DNA from: Perna viridis
Taxonomy: Eukaryota
Length of the DNA stretch: 64,000 nucleotides
NCBI GenBank assembly: GCA_037379345.1
Contig: CM074515.1
Coordinates: forward strand, 930,001-994,000
Reading direction: 5' to 3'
Part shown: positions 1 to 13,795 of the stretch, one piece after another
Layout: each line of letters starts with the position of its first letter
Position numbering within the stretch: position 1 is the stretch's first letter
Translations under genes and position numbers: made by a program
Notes under the pieces: generated by a model
What the model was told of the DNA's origin: nothing
The model's input: only the letters and a program-made list of their open reading frames with translations
The model's database searches: none

Positions 1-1410
1 GAAAGAAATATCTGAAATCTGAATATAACAAGCAAGCAGGGATTTTTATGAGGAATCCAATAAAAAAATATCCTAATTCAGATAAAAATTATATAAAATT
101 TTCAGGTGTGGCCATTTGACCCCTTATAATTTCGAAAACCATAAAAGATACCCGGTATCTGAAATCTGATTGAAGAAGGCAGAAAAAAAAATTTCTAAAT
201 TGGACCATAAATAAAAAAGTTGAATTTTTTGGGCATTGACAAAGTTTTAACCCCTATAACTTGAAAACAGTCCATAATACATGAAATCAGCTGATAAATT
301 TGTTTACCAAATTAGGAATTAGGAATTAAATTAGGAACACAATAAAAAAAGAATTAAAACAGAAAAAAAAACAATCATTCTACATAGATTTTAATACATG
401 TAATAAAAAAATAAAAAAAACCACCTATTTTCACCCTTTTTTCTAAAATGGTAAGGGAAACAAAGTCCAAATTAAATAGGAACCTTCCTATAGTGGTAAG
501 TAAATTCATATCACAATTCCAGAACAACTGGTCAACCACAACTAAAGTTATCACACGGAAATGAAATGTCCCAAGACAATGATGACAACTGCGCTATAAC
601 ATTACATTGCATATGTCTGCAAATTTTTTGCTGCACTGCTACACGTATCATGCACTGCAGAATGTATTCTTCTTAAAGAACATATGACTGTTGTACTAAA
701 AATCTTGACTTAGACAGCTGTAGGTTTATTTAAGAAATTTGCTGTTGATTTTGAATTGCTTGGAATAATAAATGTTATAAAATACTTCCTCTTTCAATAT
801 GTTTATACGATGAATGTTATGGACATTATTCCAAATTGCGAAATCTGGAATTTTTCCAGAGTTACACAGCTCTACTGGACAAAAACTGGTTAAAAAATAA
901 AGATATTTTATAACAAAACATTTGTCTAAAACCTTGTTGTACGGGGTACTTCCAAAAAGATCATATCGGACATTAATTTTCTTTCGTAGAAAGTAAGCGC
1001 ATTGTTCGGCTTTTGAAATTGATTTTCTACTTAAAATCTATCAACAATGATTTATCGAGTGAATTCCTCCCTAGCTCTTCATTGAGTGACCTGTCATTTT
1101 ACCCAAATAATCCTTACTAGAAGTGCAGAAAGTATAAATTAATGAAATAATAAGACACAAGGAACACATTTCAGAGTTATTTTAAGTGTGACTAAAATAG
1201 TTTGAAAAACATCTCAGTAAGAACACATGTCCTAAATTTTGACTTCAGAAGAACCTTACAAAACACAAGACTGTACAAGACCTATCACATAAAAGTTCAT
1301 GGTTGCATGATGTTTCTAAAAAAATTCTATTTTTTTCTGGGATACATGTGGATAGTAAAGCCCCATTACTGACAGAAACAAGTACATTGTAAGCAAAACA
1401 AATAAAAATA

Positions 1411-1552
1411 AGACTCTTTTGTGGTAAGTTGGTGAGCATGCTCAATATACACTTCCGCAAGGTAGGACTTGGGTAAAACAAAAGAATTTTCCTCGCGGAA
1501 GTGTATATTGAAAATGCTCATTGACTACCCCAACATTAGCACAAAAGGGTCT
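1411..1552. repeat. Fold-back (MITE-like) imperfect inverted repeat in the SYS1 intron
   Basis: agactcttttgtg...gagcatgctcaatatacacttccgc pairs with gcggaagtgtatattgaaaatgctc...cacaaaagggtct. Confidence 0.6.
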
Positions 1553-1817
1553 ATTGTCGCATAACTAAATATTTTTACAGGACTAGACTGTACTGCAGTG
1601 ATTGGGATTAGAGGGACTATGCACCATTTATCACATTCCAGCTGAAAATGTCCCATTTAAATAACATTTTCTTACAAAAAATTTCAAAGAATGGCCCATA
1701 GTAATTATGAAGATCATTAAAATAAAAATGACACATTCTCAAAGTGTTAAATCACTGGTACTGTAGCCATACTTGTGATATTTAGACCTCCATTTATAAA
1801 AAGACAAATAAACTTAC

Positions 1818-1979
1818 TATCTGAGTGAAAATTTGCTCTAAAGATGCGTCAAATCGACCTGCAATGTCGAGTAAATAGATAAAAACTGTGTAGGTAACGT
1901 AAAATTGACATTGTAGAGCTACTATTTGAGATATTATAAGTCTTGGGTCCCAAATGAAACTTCTAAACTGGCCTGGCAT
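1818..1979 (-). CDS. SYS1: SYS1 Golgi trafficking protein, first coding exon (54 codons; the rest of the gene was not located in the window)
   Basis: MPGQFRSFIWDPRLIISQIVALQCQFY...SLEQIF matches the SYS1 N-terminus (human MAGQFRSYVWDPLLILSQIVLMQTVYY...SLDQMF); phase-0 GTAAGT donor starts at 1817. Confidence 0.9.
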
Positions 1980-2079
1980 TTTAGTTAAGCCGTTCCGCAA
2001 CAGCCTCAACATCACACAAGTTCAAAATCGGGTCAAACATTAGCAATTGAAAAGATTAACACTTAATAAAACGGATTTG

Positions 2080-2190
2080 TCAAGTTTTCATTTTCGTCGA
2101 TGTGGTCACGTCATTTGTGCGTTTGAACGATTTTGTAAATTATTTATGTTTTCCGGAAATATGGACAAGAACTTTTTCCGGAAAATACAA
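2080..2190. promoter_or_regulatory. Candidate SYS1 proximal promoter
   Basis: Two TTCCGGAA (ETS-like) motifs and a CACGTCA (CRE-like) motif about 130-200 bp upstream of the SYS1 ATG; motif evidence only. Confidence 0.3.
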
Positions 2191-4359
2191 ACAAAAACGC
2201 ATTTTATGTTTTCTTGGAGTTCAAACAATCTCATAGAAATTGAAAAAAAATTGATACAAATACAATTATTGGAATGGACAAACCTGGAATTAAATATTAC
2301 TAATGTTGTTTTATTAGTCCTAGGACAAACTTAATATATCTAATCACAGACCTGTAATTAAAAAGTGTAATTAACTATATGTCTCTTATCTAATGTGCAC
2401 TCCTTGTTCCAACACATAACGATTGAATATATATTTATCCTCTTTTGTGATATTTCTTGTGGTGTCGAAATACTAGTCCGATTTTCCTCTGACCCAAGCT
2501 GCAACCCTCCTCTTTTTTTGATATTGATATGTCGGGTTCAATATCCAAATAAAACAGAGGAGAGTTGTAGGGTAAGAGGAAATTCGGACTATCGAAATAC
2601 GGTCCACTTTTCCATCAGTAAAACAAATAAATATTGCAAATAAATATTTATGCCCGCGCGCTTTAGAGATTTTTCCACTCCTTTCAACTCACTGTACATA
2701 CGTAAGTGTGTCGGTCATAATGTGACTTTTTGAGGGAGTAATCAGTTGATTTCTAAGGGGTAAAGGGGGACAAAGATCAAAATTTGTGTCCTGAATTTTT
2801 TTCAGAACGATTTCTGACCTGATTTATTATCGATAGTTGTTCGATAAAAAAGAGAATGCTTTCTCTGCCGTTGTCTGGTCCTTACTTACAATTTTTATTG
2901 TAGCCCGGGTTGCTTTGGCCATATTGAAATTTATAAAATGACCGCCATTTCAAGTTAGCCGCCGGTCGAAAAGTAAAAAAAAAATATAATCGTTTAAGGG
3001 ATGACTGTTATTTTTTTTCGTCCTAAGAATACAATAACCTCAATCACGTGGTGCACACTAAATAACCTGTGTAGCGGTTTATTTTCAAGTGTGCTTCACG
3101 GGTATTTAGGTTAATTCAAATAGAGCGAAAAATGTAACAGTCCTTCCTTATATTTTGATTTTAGTATCAAAATTCAATGAGTAAACCATTGAAAAAAGGT
3201 TGATGACGTCACAATCATACACAAAGTATGAGATGATGGACACAATTTTTTATCCAATCAGAAAGCGTGTTACTTATAAAATTAAATTATAGAGGCGTAC
3301 AAAGTTATATTTAAAATGCTCATGTAACAATGGGGGAGCTGGGGAGCATCCTGTTACATTGTGTGTAAAAAATATAGCTAGTTTATTCTTTAGTTTCTAT
3401 TTATGTTCTTTTAGTCAATTTGTGTTATTTAATGGTTCTGTGTCTTATCTGCTTGGTCCTGGATTATGAACATCATGTCCCAATAATGTATCTCGTTAGG
3501 AACAGACCATTTACTTCTCAAAGAAGGAGACTGGGGTTTAATGTTAAGTTGGGATTTTTTCAGCAGCAACTCGAGTAAAAACATTTGGGGGGGGGAATAA
3601 TGAGTCATATTTTTTTCTGTCCATGGCTGAGTAAAAAATAAATTGAGCTCAAATTGGGAATAACTTTATTTTTTTCAAAATACTAGTAATCCCAATACAG
3701 CCCCCTAAGTATAAATATGGTCAGTGCCTTAATCTCGATCGTCTTTCTTTGATTGTTTGCATGTATAGGCCATATAATTTCGAAAATAACAAAACTTTTT
3801 ACAATATAGTGAAAAAAAAACAATGCAAAAGGTGCATATCAATCTGTAAGATGATATTACGTCTTCTTTTTTTCAAATCGTGACATGCAAAAGAAGATAA
3901 CATGTCTACCACAACAGCCCGTGAAGGTGTGATGTATTGGTCAACTCGAATACTTAAACAGCGATAACACACTTAACAAATTTTGTTCTAGTCAGAATGC
4001 GAGTTTTTCGTCAATCAGTAAACATTAAAAAAATAGGCATAAAGTTACAGTAGAGAACTACTGCATAAAATAGCTGACTAACGTTGTCCAGCAGAGGCAC
4101 CATAACTGTATTTAGTAGACGACCTTTAAAATTGTTTTCTACCTTTTTGATGTCACAGGGGCCGATCCAGACACTTTGAAAAGGAGGGGTGCCAGCCGGA
4201 GTTCCTCAGAAAATATGGAGTGCTAGCACATTATTTGCCATTTTTTGTCAATTTCACCTTACTCAAAAACATTATACATCGTTGTTACTCAAAACAAAAA
4301 AGACAGTGCACATAGATACAAATATGTAGTTCTTGGCACAGATTCTTCATACTTTGTAA

Positions 4360-5472
4360 AAGTGTAATCAAGGGAACCAAGGTTCTAGCGGAAATCAAAA
4401 GAATGTAATCCGTAGACAAAGACCAGGCATGGACAACAGACATACACAACAAAGAATATAAAGTAACTGAAATAATACATACAAAGTAACAAAAGTAAAT
4501 GAGTAACTCGGACTCCACAAAAAACTGGGAGCATGGATCAGGTGCACCGGTAGGGTAAGCGTCCTCTGTTTTTTCTAGAAACTAGTAAAAAATGATTCCA
4601 AATCATCTTCCAAATATACCGAAGATGTTTTCAAAATGCTGGAATTTTTTATCGACATTTTTTGTCCAGTGTGGTGGACGTTTTTTTTAACAAATTGTAG
4701 GCATTCCAATGGGAACAAATTTTGCTCCTGTTTTCGCTGACCCATTCTTTCACGCTAATGAGACTGACTTTATAGCTGATCTGATCCAAAAGAAGGAACA
4801 TCGTTTAGCTAGATCCTTTAATTTCTGTTTCCGCTATATACATGACGAATTATCGTTAAAAGATCCTAGTTCCGAGGATTTGATACATCGCATCTACCCC
4901 AAAGAACTTGAGATGAAGGATATACGTACTACAGACACTGTGAAGTCAGCCTCATATCTTGACCTACACTTAGAGATCGAAGGTAAAGGGAAACTACTCA
5001 TGACTGTTCATTCCGTATTTTCAACTTTCCTTTCATCCATTCGACAGCTGCGTATTGAGTTTTCATATCACGACTCATACGTTATGCCAGAGCTTGCCAT
5101 AACTACGCAGACATTTTATATCGCTAGACTTATTACAAACTTATTACAATTAGGCTTTTGGAACAGGGTTATGCTGCTACAAGATTGAAGTCATCACTAC
5201 AGAAGATTTATGGTTGTCATCGCGAACTCGTGGATCGTGATGGTGTATCCATCTGCACCATGAAAACTGATTTGTTCAATGTGTCACAGCTTTCCTTTCC
5301 TCTTTCGTCTACCATGTACTTGACTTTTATGAGCAACTCGGTGTTTCTAGAAAAGCAGGGGATGCTTACCCTACCGGTGTACCTGGTCCATACTCCAAGT
5401 TTTTAGTGGAGTCTGAGTTACTCATTTACTTTTGTTACTTTATATGTGTTATTTTGGTTATATTATGTTCTC
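4360..5472 (+). mobile_element. Penelope-like element (Naiad-type) 3' fragment: decayed RT flanked by inverted pseudo-LTRs
   Basis: GIPMGTNFAP...FRYIHDELSL...IYPKELEMKD...SASYLDLHL RT motifs; the ORF C-terminus (QGYAATRLKSSLQKIYG...) has no C-terminal GIY-YIG; 4360-4581 is the reverse complement of the 3' terminal repeat (5341-5470 and 39350-39600). Confidence 0.8.
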
Positions 5473-5479
5473 CGAACAT

Positions 5480-8400
5480 AAACGTATTTAAAATGTTTTA
5501 TGATTTACAAGTGTGTGTATCATAAAAAAAATGGAGTAATTGTTTTTGAATTATTCAAATATAAGCACAAGCAAATACAGTATACACATTTACATACAAG
5601 CTCATGGTAGGATTCGGAAAGAAGCTAGATAGTTTATACAAAGTTCCGTGTCCTTAAGAGTAAACTTGCAAGAATATTCTTATAAATAAGATGCATGTGG
5701 AATGATTTTCATAATTGACTAGTAAATAAGACCAACGAATAGAAAAAAAATGGAATTACAAAATTGGTGTAGAGATGCAGTACATGAAAGTCATGCATTC
5801 ATAAACCTTTTACTTTTGATAATAAATTTCTGAACTTTAAGAAAAACTTCTACATTTTGTTCAGCATTTAGAATATTTGAGCCATACAACAATACATTTA
5901 CAGTAATAGGTACATTAAGTGCCATAGAAAATATGATTTCGTTTCGTAATAAAGTATATTTGGGACAAAGAGCAAAAAATGGGAAGTTGATTCGACATGA
6001 CCACAGGCGCAATTTGGGGAATTAACAAGGTTACGACTAAACAGATGTTCGTTGAGTGAAGCACCGTTCATTCGCAGTCTGGCATGTAATATTTGCCCTA
6101 GTCGTGTACCAATAAAGTAAAGATTCGGACATTTTACCAAATGTTCCTTAATCTTATTTCTAAAAATGTTAGTAGAACTAGAACTCCTGGTATTCTGAGG
6201 AAGTTTGTTGCTGGCAGAAAGTATTCAGAATAGAAGTTAGTTCTCGTGCGAATTTCTAAAAGATTTTGTGATTGTCTAGTATAATGTCCATGCAAGGAAT
6301 CAACCGAGTTTGGAATTAACGATTGCAAATACTCTGGAGTTTCCTTGTTGATAATCTTATATAATAATATGAGTCTATGTTTTTCCCTTCTGTCTGAAAG
6401 TTTTTCCCATCCCGTTTCCTTATACAGTTTATTGATAGATGTTAATTTAGTACCTCCCGGCCCAATTCGCATAGCTTCTATCTGAACATTTTCTACCTTG
6501 TTAACTAAGAACATCGTCTAATTGTCACAAATAACATTACCATATTCTAAAATTGGCCGAATAAATGAAAAATACATTTTCTCTAAGGTGATTCTGTCAA
6601 GAATGAAACGCATCTTTCGTAAAATATTAATCCTACTATAAGCTTTTTTAACTATATAGTCAATGTGGTCATGACAAGAACCATTATTTGAAAAAAAATG
6701 ATACCAAGATATTTATGGGATTCAACTTCCTGAAGGTCCTGGCCATTCATCAGCAAAGGTGGGTGTAATGGCTTTACTGACTTACGTGAGACAATCATTG
6801 ATTCAGTTTTTTGTGGATTAAATTTTACTAGCCACCGACAAGACCAACGGTGTATCTTTTCTAGATCACAGTTCAAGATTCCCGCAGCATTTTCAGGAGT
6901 ATCTACAATGACGTATATACTAGTGTCATCTGGGAAGACATTGATCGACGTACCAGTGTCAGATACTATATCGTTGATAAATAGTACAGTCTCAGAATGG
7001 AGCCTTGCGGAACACCCGCTTTAATTTGTCTCCAATCTGAGTTACTTCCATACAAGACAACCCTTTGAACCATCCCCGACAAATAATTTTTAAACCAATG
7101 TAGCAGCGTTCCCGTAATTCCGTATTTGTCTATTTTAAATAAGAGTCCAGCATGCCAAACACGGTCGAATGCTTTACTTATATCACAAAATACGACTCTT
7201 ATTTCTTGACCACTATCAAGAGCTCGACCACTATCATTCGAAAAACTAATTGATTTACAGCTGAATCGTCCTTGTAAACCCAGACTGACTTAAAGTGATT
7301 ATCTTGTTTTCCAACAGAAAATTATGGACGTGTTTATAGACACATCTTTCAAAGCATTTAGAAAGAATGCATAATAATGAAATTGGACTATAATTTTTCA
7401 CTTCACAGGGTTATTATTCTTAAAAATAGGCGTTACATTTGCTTTCTTCCATTCAGTTGGGAAGACAGAAGTTGAAAGTGACAAGTTAAAAAGTTTGCAT
7501 AATGGAAACTTTAATACAGAAGCTGCTTCTTTTAACAAGCGGGGGTTTATCAAATCAGGACCTAATGCTTTATTTGTATCCAAGATTTTTAGCACATCTT
7601 CTACCTCACTGTCATTAAGAACACATTCACCGAGTTGTTCTTCAGAACCGGTACGAGGGGGAAGTTCAGCATCTGTTGTATCTAGAATTGATTGTAGGGC
7701 AAAGAAGTTGTTAAAGAGATTTGCCTTGTCCAGGTCATTTGTAATCAATTCATTATCAACCAGTAATGATGGGATACTAGAATGTGAGGGTTTAATTCCA
7801 GATAACTGGTTACATATTTTCCACCAAGACCGAGATGAACTGTTAGTGTTACTCAATTTATTCATAAGATCTGAGTGATGCTTATCACGTGCTACTCTAA
7901 CCCTTGATGTCACTAAATTTCTAACTTGTTTGAATTTATTCCAATCAGTCGGGCTACCAGAGCGCTTAGCTTTTGAGTAAAGGTGTTTTTTCTTTCTAGT
8001 CAGTTTTGTTAATATTATTATTCAACCACGGTGGATCAGACTTTCGAACGGTAACTATCCTGTTTGGGATAGTATTTTCTGCAGTGGTAGAAATACCTTT
8101 AACAGTGTTGTCAATATCATTTGAATAAAAAATATTGTCCCAGTTAGTTCCTGCTAATGTATTTCGGAATCTATCAAAATCTCCTCGATCAAATAGCCAA
8201 ATTTTACACTTGAAAGTTTTTTGGGTAGGTTTTGAGGCATTGATAAAACCAATGATAGGACAATGGTAGCGTAACTGGTCGAGGAGATGGGGACCAACAC
8301 TAACATATGGGATGAAAGAGGGGTTGTCAGTAATTATAAGATCAATCAGGGATGATGAATGCTCAGTAAAATTAGTAGGTTTTTCTACCAATTGGTGCAA

Positions 8401-10790
8401 ACTATATTTCGTACAGATATTTTTCGTTTTTGGGTTATTCATAAATTGATTGTCATTAAAGTCACCTGTTACAATGATACCGTCATAGTTAAATTCGTTC
8501 ACAGCCGACTCTATAGAATCATCAACTTTGTTCCAAGTATCAGCGTTACTCCCTGGGGGTATATAAAATGTACCATATAACGCCTTTTTACCATTAATCT
8601 TTAGCTCTAACCATAATACTTCAAGGATATTAAACTCTAAATCAGATCTCATCTTTGCATATATATTATCCGGAACATAAACAACAATCCCTCCCCCATT
8701 TTTTCAGGACCTCTGTCCCTTCTGAAAGGTTTTTGATAATTCAGAAGTTCTATAGAGTCGTCTGAGTTATTGCACTTTAACCATGTTTCAGTAAATGATA
8801 AAATGTCAAACCCATTATATTCAGAATATACCATATCAAGTTAAGGTAGTAAACTCTGTACATTCAAGTGAACAAATGATATACATGTAGAAAATGTTTC
8901 ATATAAACTAGAGGATACAAAATATGAGTCAGTTTCGGATAACAAACTGGTATTATTATTTGATGGACCAGGATTTTTCTCAATACCAGACATTATTAGT
9001 AAAAATTCTATAACAACACATATATGCAGTTTATATATGCACTGTTTGGGTGTACATTATCACGTGTATTATCTTGGTAAAAATCTTTAGGCATTGTGTT
9101 TGCGAAAAGTAATTTTTGCATGACTAAAGTTGTTAGATCTGTATGAAACCACAATGAAATAATTAAGTTCAGAATAAGATATTCATGACAGTTTCCAAAG
9201 TCATAAGACAGACGCATCTCATACAAAAAAGGCGAGTGAAAATATAAGTGAGATAAGTAAGACAACATATATACAAAATTGACAAAAGGAATAGCTAAAT
9301 ATAATGTGCAATGAAACATGATTATGTGATAAGATACAGAGATTTCAACATACATTTAATCACGATGAGACGTTGTAATTAATAGTTAACCAGAAGAAAA
9401 AAAGAATTCTCCCTTATATTTAGAAAACAGAGTTGCCTATAAAAAATATCACGTGTTCCTTCTAAACTGAAATCTGTTATTCATGCGGTAATTGGTTCAA
9501 GGTCAAGGTACGCTTGACTGGTTGATTTTACTACGAAATAATTGGCGTAAAATGGGCGTTTTAAATTATAGTAAATTCGGAATAAATTACAATTTTAAAA
9601 TGACAAATTTGAAAGAGCTGAACTGAAGATGGACCATTGCATAATGCCGAAGTTGAAGGCATTTCAATCGAAACAATAATATAATGTAATGAGTTATATC
9701 AGTGTACAAATGATCGGACAAGAAGGGTACGTAGAAAACATACAGAACAAGTATACATGACATGTAACTTGACTGAATACACGTAACATGTAACTTAACT
9801 ATAATTCTTTAATAATAAATAGTTTATGAAGTTGGAGCCACAGCATCTGCGTACGATTTAGGTCTTGTCGGGCTAGCAATTTCATCAGCATTATGGGGTG
9901 GATAAACAATGTTGGTGGCAGATGCGAAATTGTCAGCAATGCACTTTTTCAAAGCAAAGTCCGTTGTAATAGCAGTTTTATGGTCTCTTTTATCCTTCAT
10001 AAATATTTGTCCATCTTCAGTCCATGTCTGTGAGATGATGTGTTTGTTCTTACGTTGCCTATCCCTGTATGCTAACGAATTGCGTGTTTTAGTTAGATCT
10101 TCATTTATTGTCACGTGGCTGTAAAGTTCGCCGTCTTTGAGATACTTACTTGCTTTCAGGATCCCATGTTTTGTGATAGGGTCTCTGAGACGTACAATAA
10201 TTTGTTGTGGCCTAACAGTACCTTCTGGAAGACGTATAGTCTTGCCAACTCTGTGCGAGCGAAAAATGTCGCCGTCCTTCAGACTGTTTTCTCCTACCGT
10301 TTCTTTAATTCCACTTAAGCACACCAGTTCAAGGCGGTATATTGTTCTAATGCATCTACGTCTGTCTTAAGTTTAGAATTTTCATTTTTAAGTGAATCTA
10401 TTTGTTGTTGTAGAGGCATTATGACCTCTTTAACGCACGAATCTATTTCTTCTTTTATGATAACACTGATTGTTTGATTAAATTCTTCTTTAAGAGCAGT
10501 TCTCAATTGTGTGACAGTTGATGTCAGATCTTCAGACTGTGGTGCAAATGTTGTGGGTTGTGGAGAGGGGAAACCAGACGTTGCACCCTTAGTATACACC
10601 GGCGACGACATTGTATTTTGTTTTTATAATCACGCTCAGGAGGGGAAGGTTTACTATTTCTGCGTACGCGAGAAAAATCAGGAGTGCTGTGTTTCTGATT
10701 CTACATATGTATTTCGTTATTGATTGATTATTGTGGATAGTTGACCGAAGATATAAACAAACAATTTGAGCTGAGTTCTGAGTTCTACTC
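5480..10790 (-). mobile_element. Near full-length, decayed CR1-group LINE (ORF1 about 9824-10611; APE-RT ORF2 about 5791-9010, with frameshifts and stops)
   Basis: ORF1 coiled coil plus RSHRVGK...IIVRL...INEDLT; APE motifs LSFTETWL, VTGDFN, SLIDLI; RT motifs DISKAFDRVWH, AGVPQGS, FPDDT; C-terminal CACG...HFLL..C; end coordinates approximate. Confidence 0.9.
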
Positions 10791-11272
10791 ACACAGTCGT
10801 ATAATATATTTATTCTCCTTGGTAAACATCTTTTTCAACCTGCAACTTATTACTTCAAGGTGGAATATTTCAGACTACATGTATGCGAAAACTATGTCAA
10901 AAAGCACTTTAAATACTCATTATTTACCAAAAGTCTGTTCTCAAAAAAAAAATACTACAGCCATTCCACAAGCATGCGCAATCTAAGTTTTTACTCGGAA
11001 GTTACGTCAGTGGCTTGAGTATTGTAAGTATAAGAATGACAAAAGGGTTTCTGGCAGATAGCGTCACGGACGGAAATGCTGTCTTCAAATTAATGCGTGA
11101 TTCTCTTTTAAACTTTAAATATTTCACCGATATTCCAATTAAATGATATTTCAAACATTTTAAGTACTCATTTTCAGCTAAATATTGTCGAACTGGTAAA
11201 TCGAGACGCCAAACTATTTTTTGCGCTTCGCCACGTAGTAATTTCAAAGAAGATAGTCTAAAGCCAATACAA

Positions 11273-13262
11273 TTGAATTGGGGTTATCTCTCTTTTGGTG
11301 GTGTTGGATTTTAGCTATTCCTCGTGAATGGTATTATAATCAAAATCATTTTATCAAGAAGCGTCACAATCAACATCATCAACTGCCTTTTTTCAAGTTT
11401 AAGGTCTCAAGAACGTAAACAAATGTAGTAATCTTATTTTCACGATATTTGTGTACATCTTTGTTTTGTTTTGCTGCAGGTTGTAAGGGAAATATGGGTT
11501 CAATACCAAAACATACTCAAACCTTAGTCAATGTCATGACCGGCACTCTAGCACATTGCTTAAAAAAATAAACATCGGGAACCTATCTTGCAGGTTGCAC
11601 GCCAAGCGACTTCCGAGTTTCAGCACCTTCGGTGCTTTGATTGATTTTATATCGGAGGCTTAATATTTTGACCACTGGATAGGGCTAACCCATTATACAA
11701 GAAATATGCACGGACGGACAAACAGACGGGATTACTATATTCCCTAAACTGTGAACATGTATTTTTTGTTAGCTAGACTGAAAGGCCTGCATGAGTCTGT
11801 TTTAGAGATTTTTTCAATAGGGTACGTTTGTGTGTGATGTTGTTTGTAGACGAGACTTTGGTTACAATATTATTTCATTCGGAGTTCACTCTGGATTTTA
11901 TATTCAAGCATTTGTTTGACACTGAAGATTTATTTTACCTTAGCAGGTCTCAGTATCGTATTAATTTTCCCATATACTTCTATAGTGAAGTGCATATTTT
12001 TAGGATTTAAAAAAAAATATGTAAATTGATTCAATAAAACTTTCACTTATGTAGCATTTCTAAGGACATGTGAAAAAATAATTTCCAGCAAAGAAAATAG
12101 GGTGAGTCCACGAAGATTGGACAGAAAAGAAGTTTTGAACTATAAATAGCCATTTTCCCTACTTTCACTTTCGTTTTGCACTCAACAAACTAACCTTTTC
12201 AGTGGAACATTTTTATGATATTATGTTAGATTTTCTTTTAAAAAAGTTCTTCATCTTACAGTGTGATGTTTGCTCTATTTTGTAAGTCATTGTTTTTGAC
12301 AAAACATTAGTTTGTAGAGAGGCAAAAAGAAAATGCACTATATTTTTATAGCATCCATGTTTGACGTACACCCGCTCAGGGATGTGCAATACGATACTGG
12401 TACCAGCAGGGTTGTGCAACCCAGGATACCAAGATAGCGGATCCGCCAAGTGGGTGTAGAATTGCGAGGTAAAAGTATGATTTCTCTTAATTAAATGCAT
12501 AGATCAGGCTCGTTTTAGGAAAGGAAATTTTTATGTGATTACAGATTTTGACTATCTATTTTTTTATGGGTGTGCAAGGAAGTATATATCCGAAATCAAC
12601 AGTTGAACTTGTGGTAATAATGGAGAGTAACGGAGAGTTCCAACGACAAATTTTGTCGGAAAAGAAATTTCAAAATAACATTGAATATCTTCGTATAATT
12701 TCACTTTCGTGGGTGGCAATATATAGAAATGTGTTACGACTAAATTTGGTCGTTTTAAAACCAACAGTAAAGATCAATATATTTTGTGTTTGTTTACAAA
12801 TTATCCCCCTTTGTTTATGGCAATTAACGCCTTCAGCTCAGATAGAGTTGTCTGTCTTAGTTGTCGTTAATGAATTACTTTGAACAATTAATGTAAAAAT
12901 CATGATATTTATATTATTTACATTTAGTTGGATAATATATATATTTTTGATTTTAAATGAAATGTTTTAAGTGTCAAATCATGTATTATAGTACTACTAA
13001 TAATTTTGCATTTCAAAATATTGCATAATACCATTTGATGTGTTCACATTGAATTTAAAAAGTATTGTGAATAACTCCAACTGGTCGACGAAGAAAAATA
13101 CACGATGAGTATCTGTATTAATGGATAGTTATATGAACTGATTTTCATGATGCCGATTGATGCTTCTTGCGTGTCTGTTCGTTAAGGTATTTCTTAAATT
13201 TTCTGAGTCTTTCTCGACTAAACTTATTTTCTGTGTTTCAGGTCATATGTGGAGGAAGATAA
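11273..13262 (+). pseudogene. Probable 4-exon pseudogene of a small secreted Cys-rich (ShK-like) peptide; exons about 11273-11330, 11480-11526, 12352-12468, 13242-13262
   Basis: Phase-compatible AG/GT-bounded segments join to (L)NWGYLSFGGVGF*LFLVNG-CKGNMGSIPKHTQTL-HPCLTYTRSGMCNTILVPAGLCNPGYQDSGSAKWV*NCE-VICGGR*; AATAAA at 13301; two in-frame TAGs, no ATG, weak exon-2 donor. Confidence 0.4.
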
Positions 13263-13795
13263 ATATTGGAGTAAATTCGCCTTCCTGTGGACATATTTGT
13301 AATAAAGTTTTAGATCTGAATAAATATAGAAGTTAAATATATTTTTATGAATGAATTTTAGCCCGGTCAATGACTATATTAGACACGACAAGTATTAATT
13401 GACAGACCCTGTGATATGAATCTTGGTGTAATCATGAGACTTATTTTAAAGCAAACATAAACAAATCTTTTTAAAAACTACAAGAGTTTATTGTAAAAGG
13501 AAAATAATCAAGTCGACTTTATGTTTTATTTTTAAATCTTCAGGTCTTGAAGAACTTTTAGGAAAACCATTGACACCAATCATTGTATCGATACATACAA
13601 TTTCATGAGACAATAGCACGTTCATGTTACGCAATGACTTAGAAAGTGTAATTTACTCCCGAGTTCCGGGGCAAACGCTAATGCAGAAAACACCTAATTA
13701 AACTTGTACACTGGGTATACGCATGCATATAAGAGTGATTGTTGACTTATTTAGACGATTAAAATACACACACACACATATATATATATATGTAT

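Noticed and set aside
1-1400. Downstream SYS1 exons
   Set aside because: No convincing match to the SYS1 C-terminal half; the region looks like intron with HINE-like repeat fragments
7495-10723. Plus-strand ORFs over the CR1 element (and minus-strand ORFs over the 15-18 kb LINE)
   Set aside because: Antisense shadows of retrotransposon coding sequence
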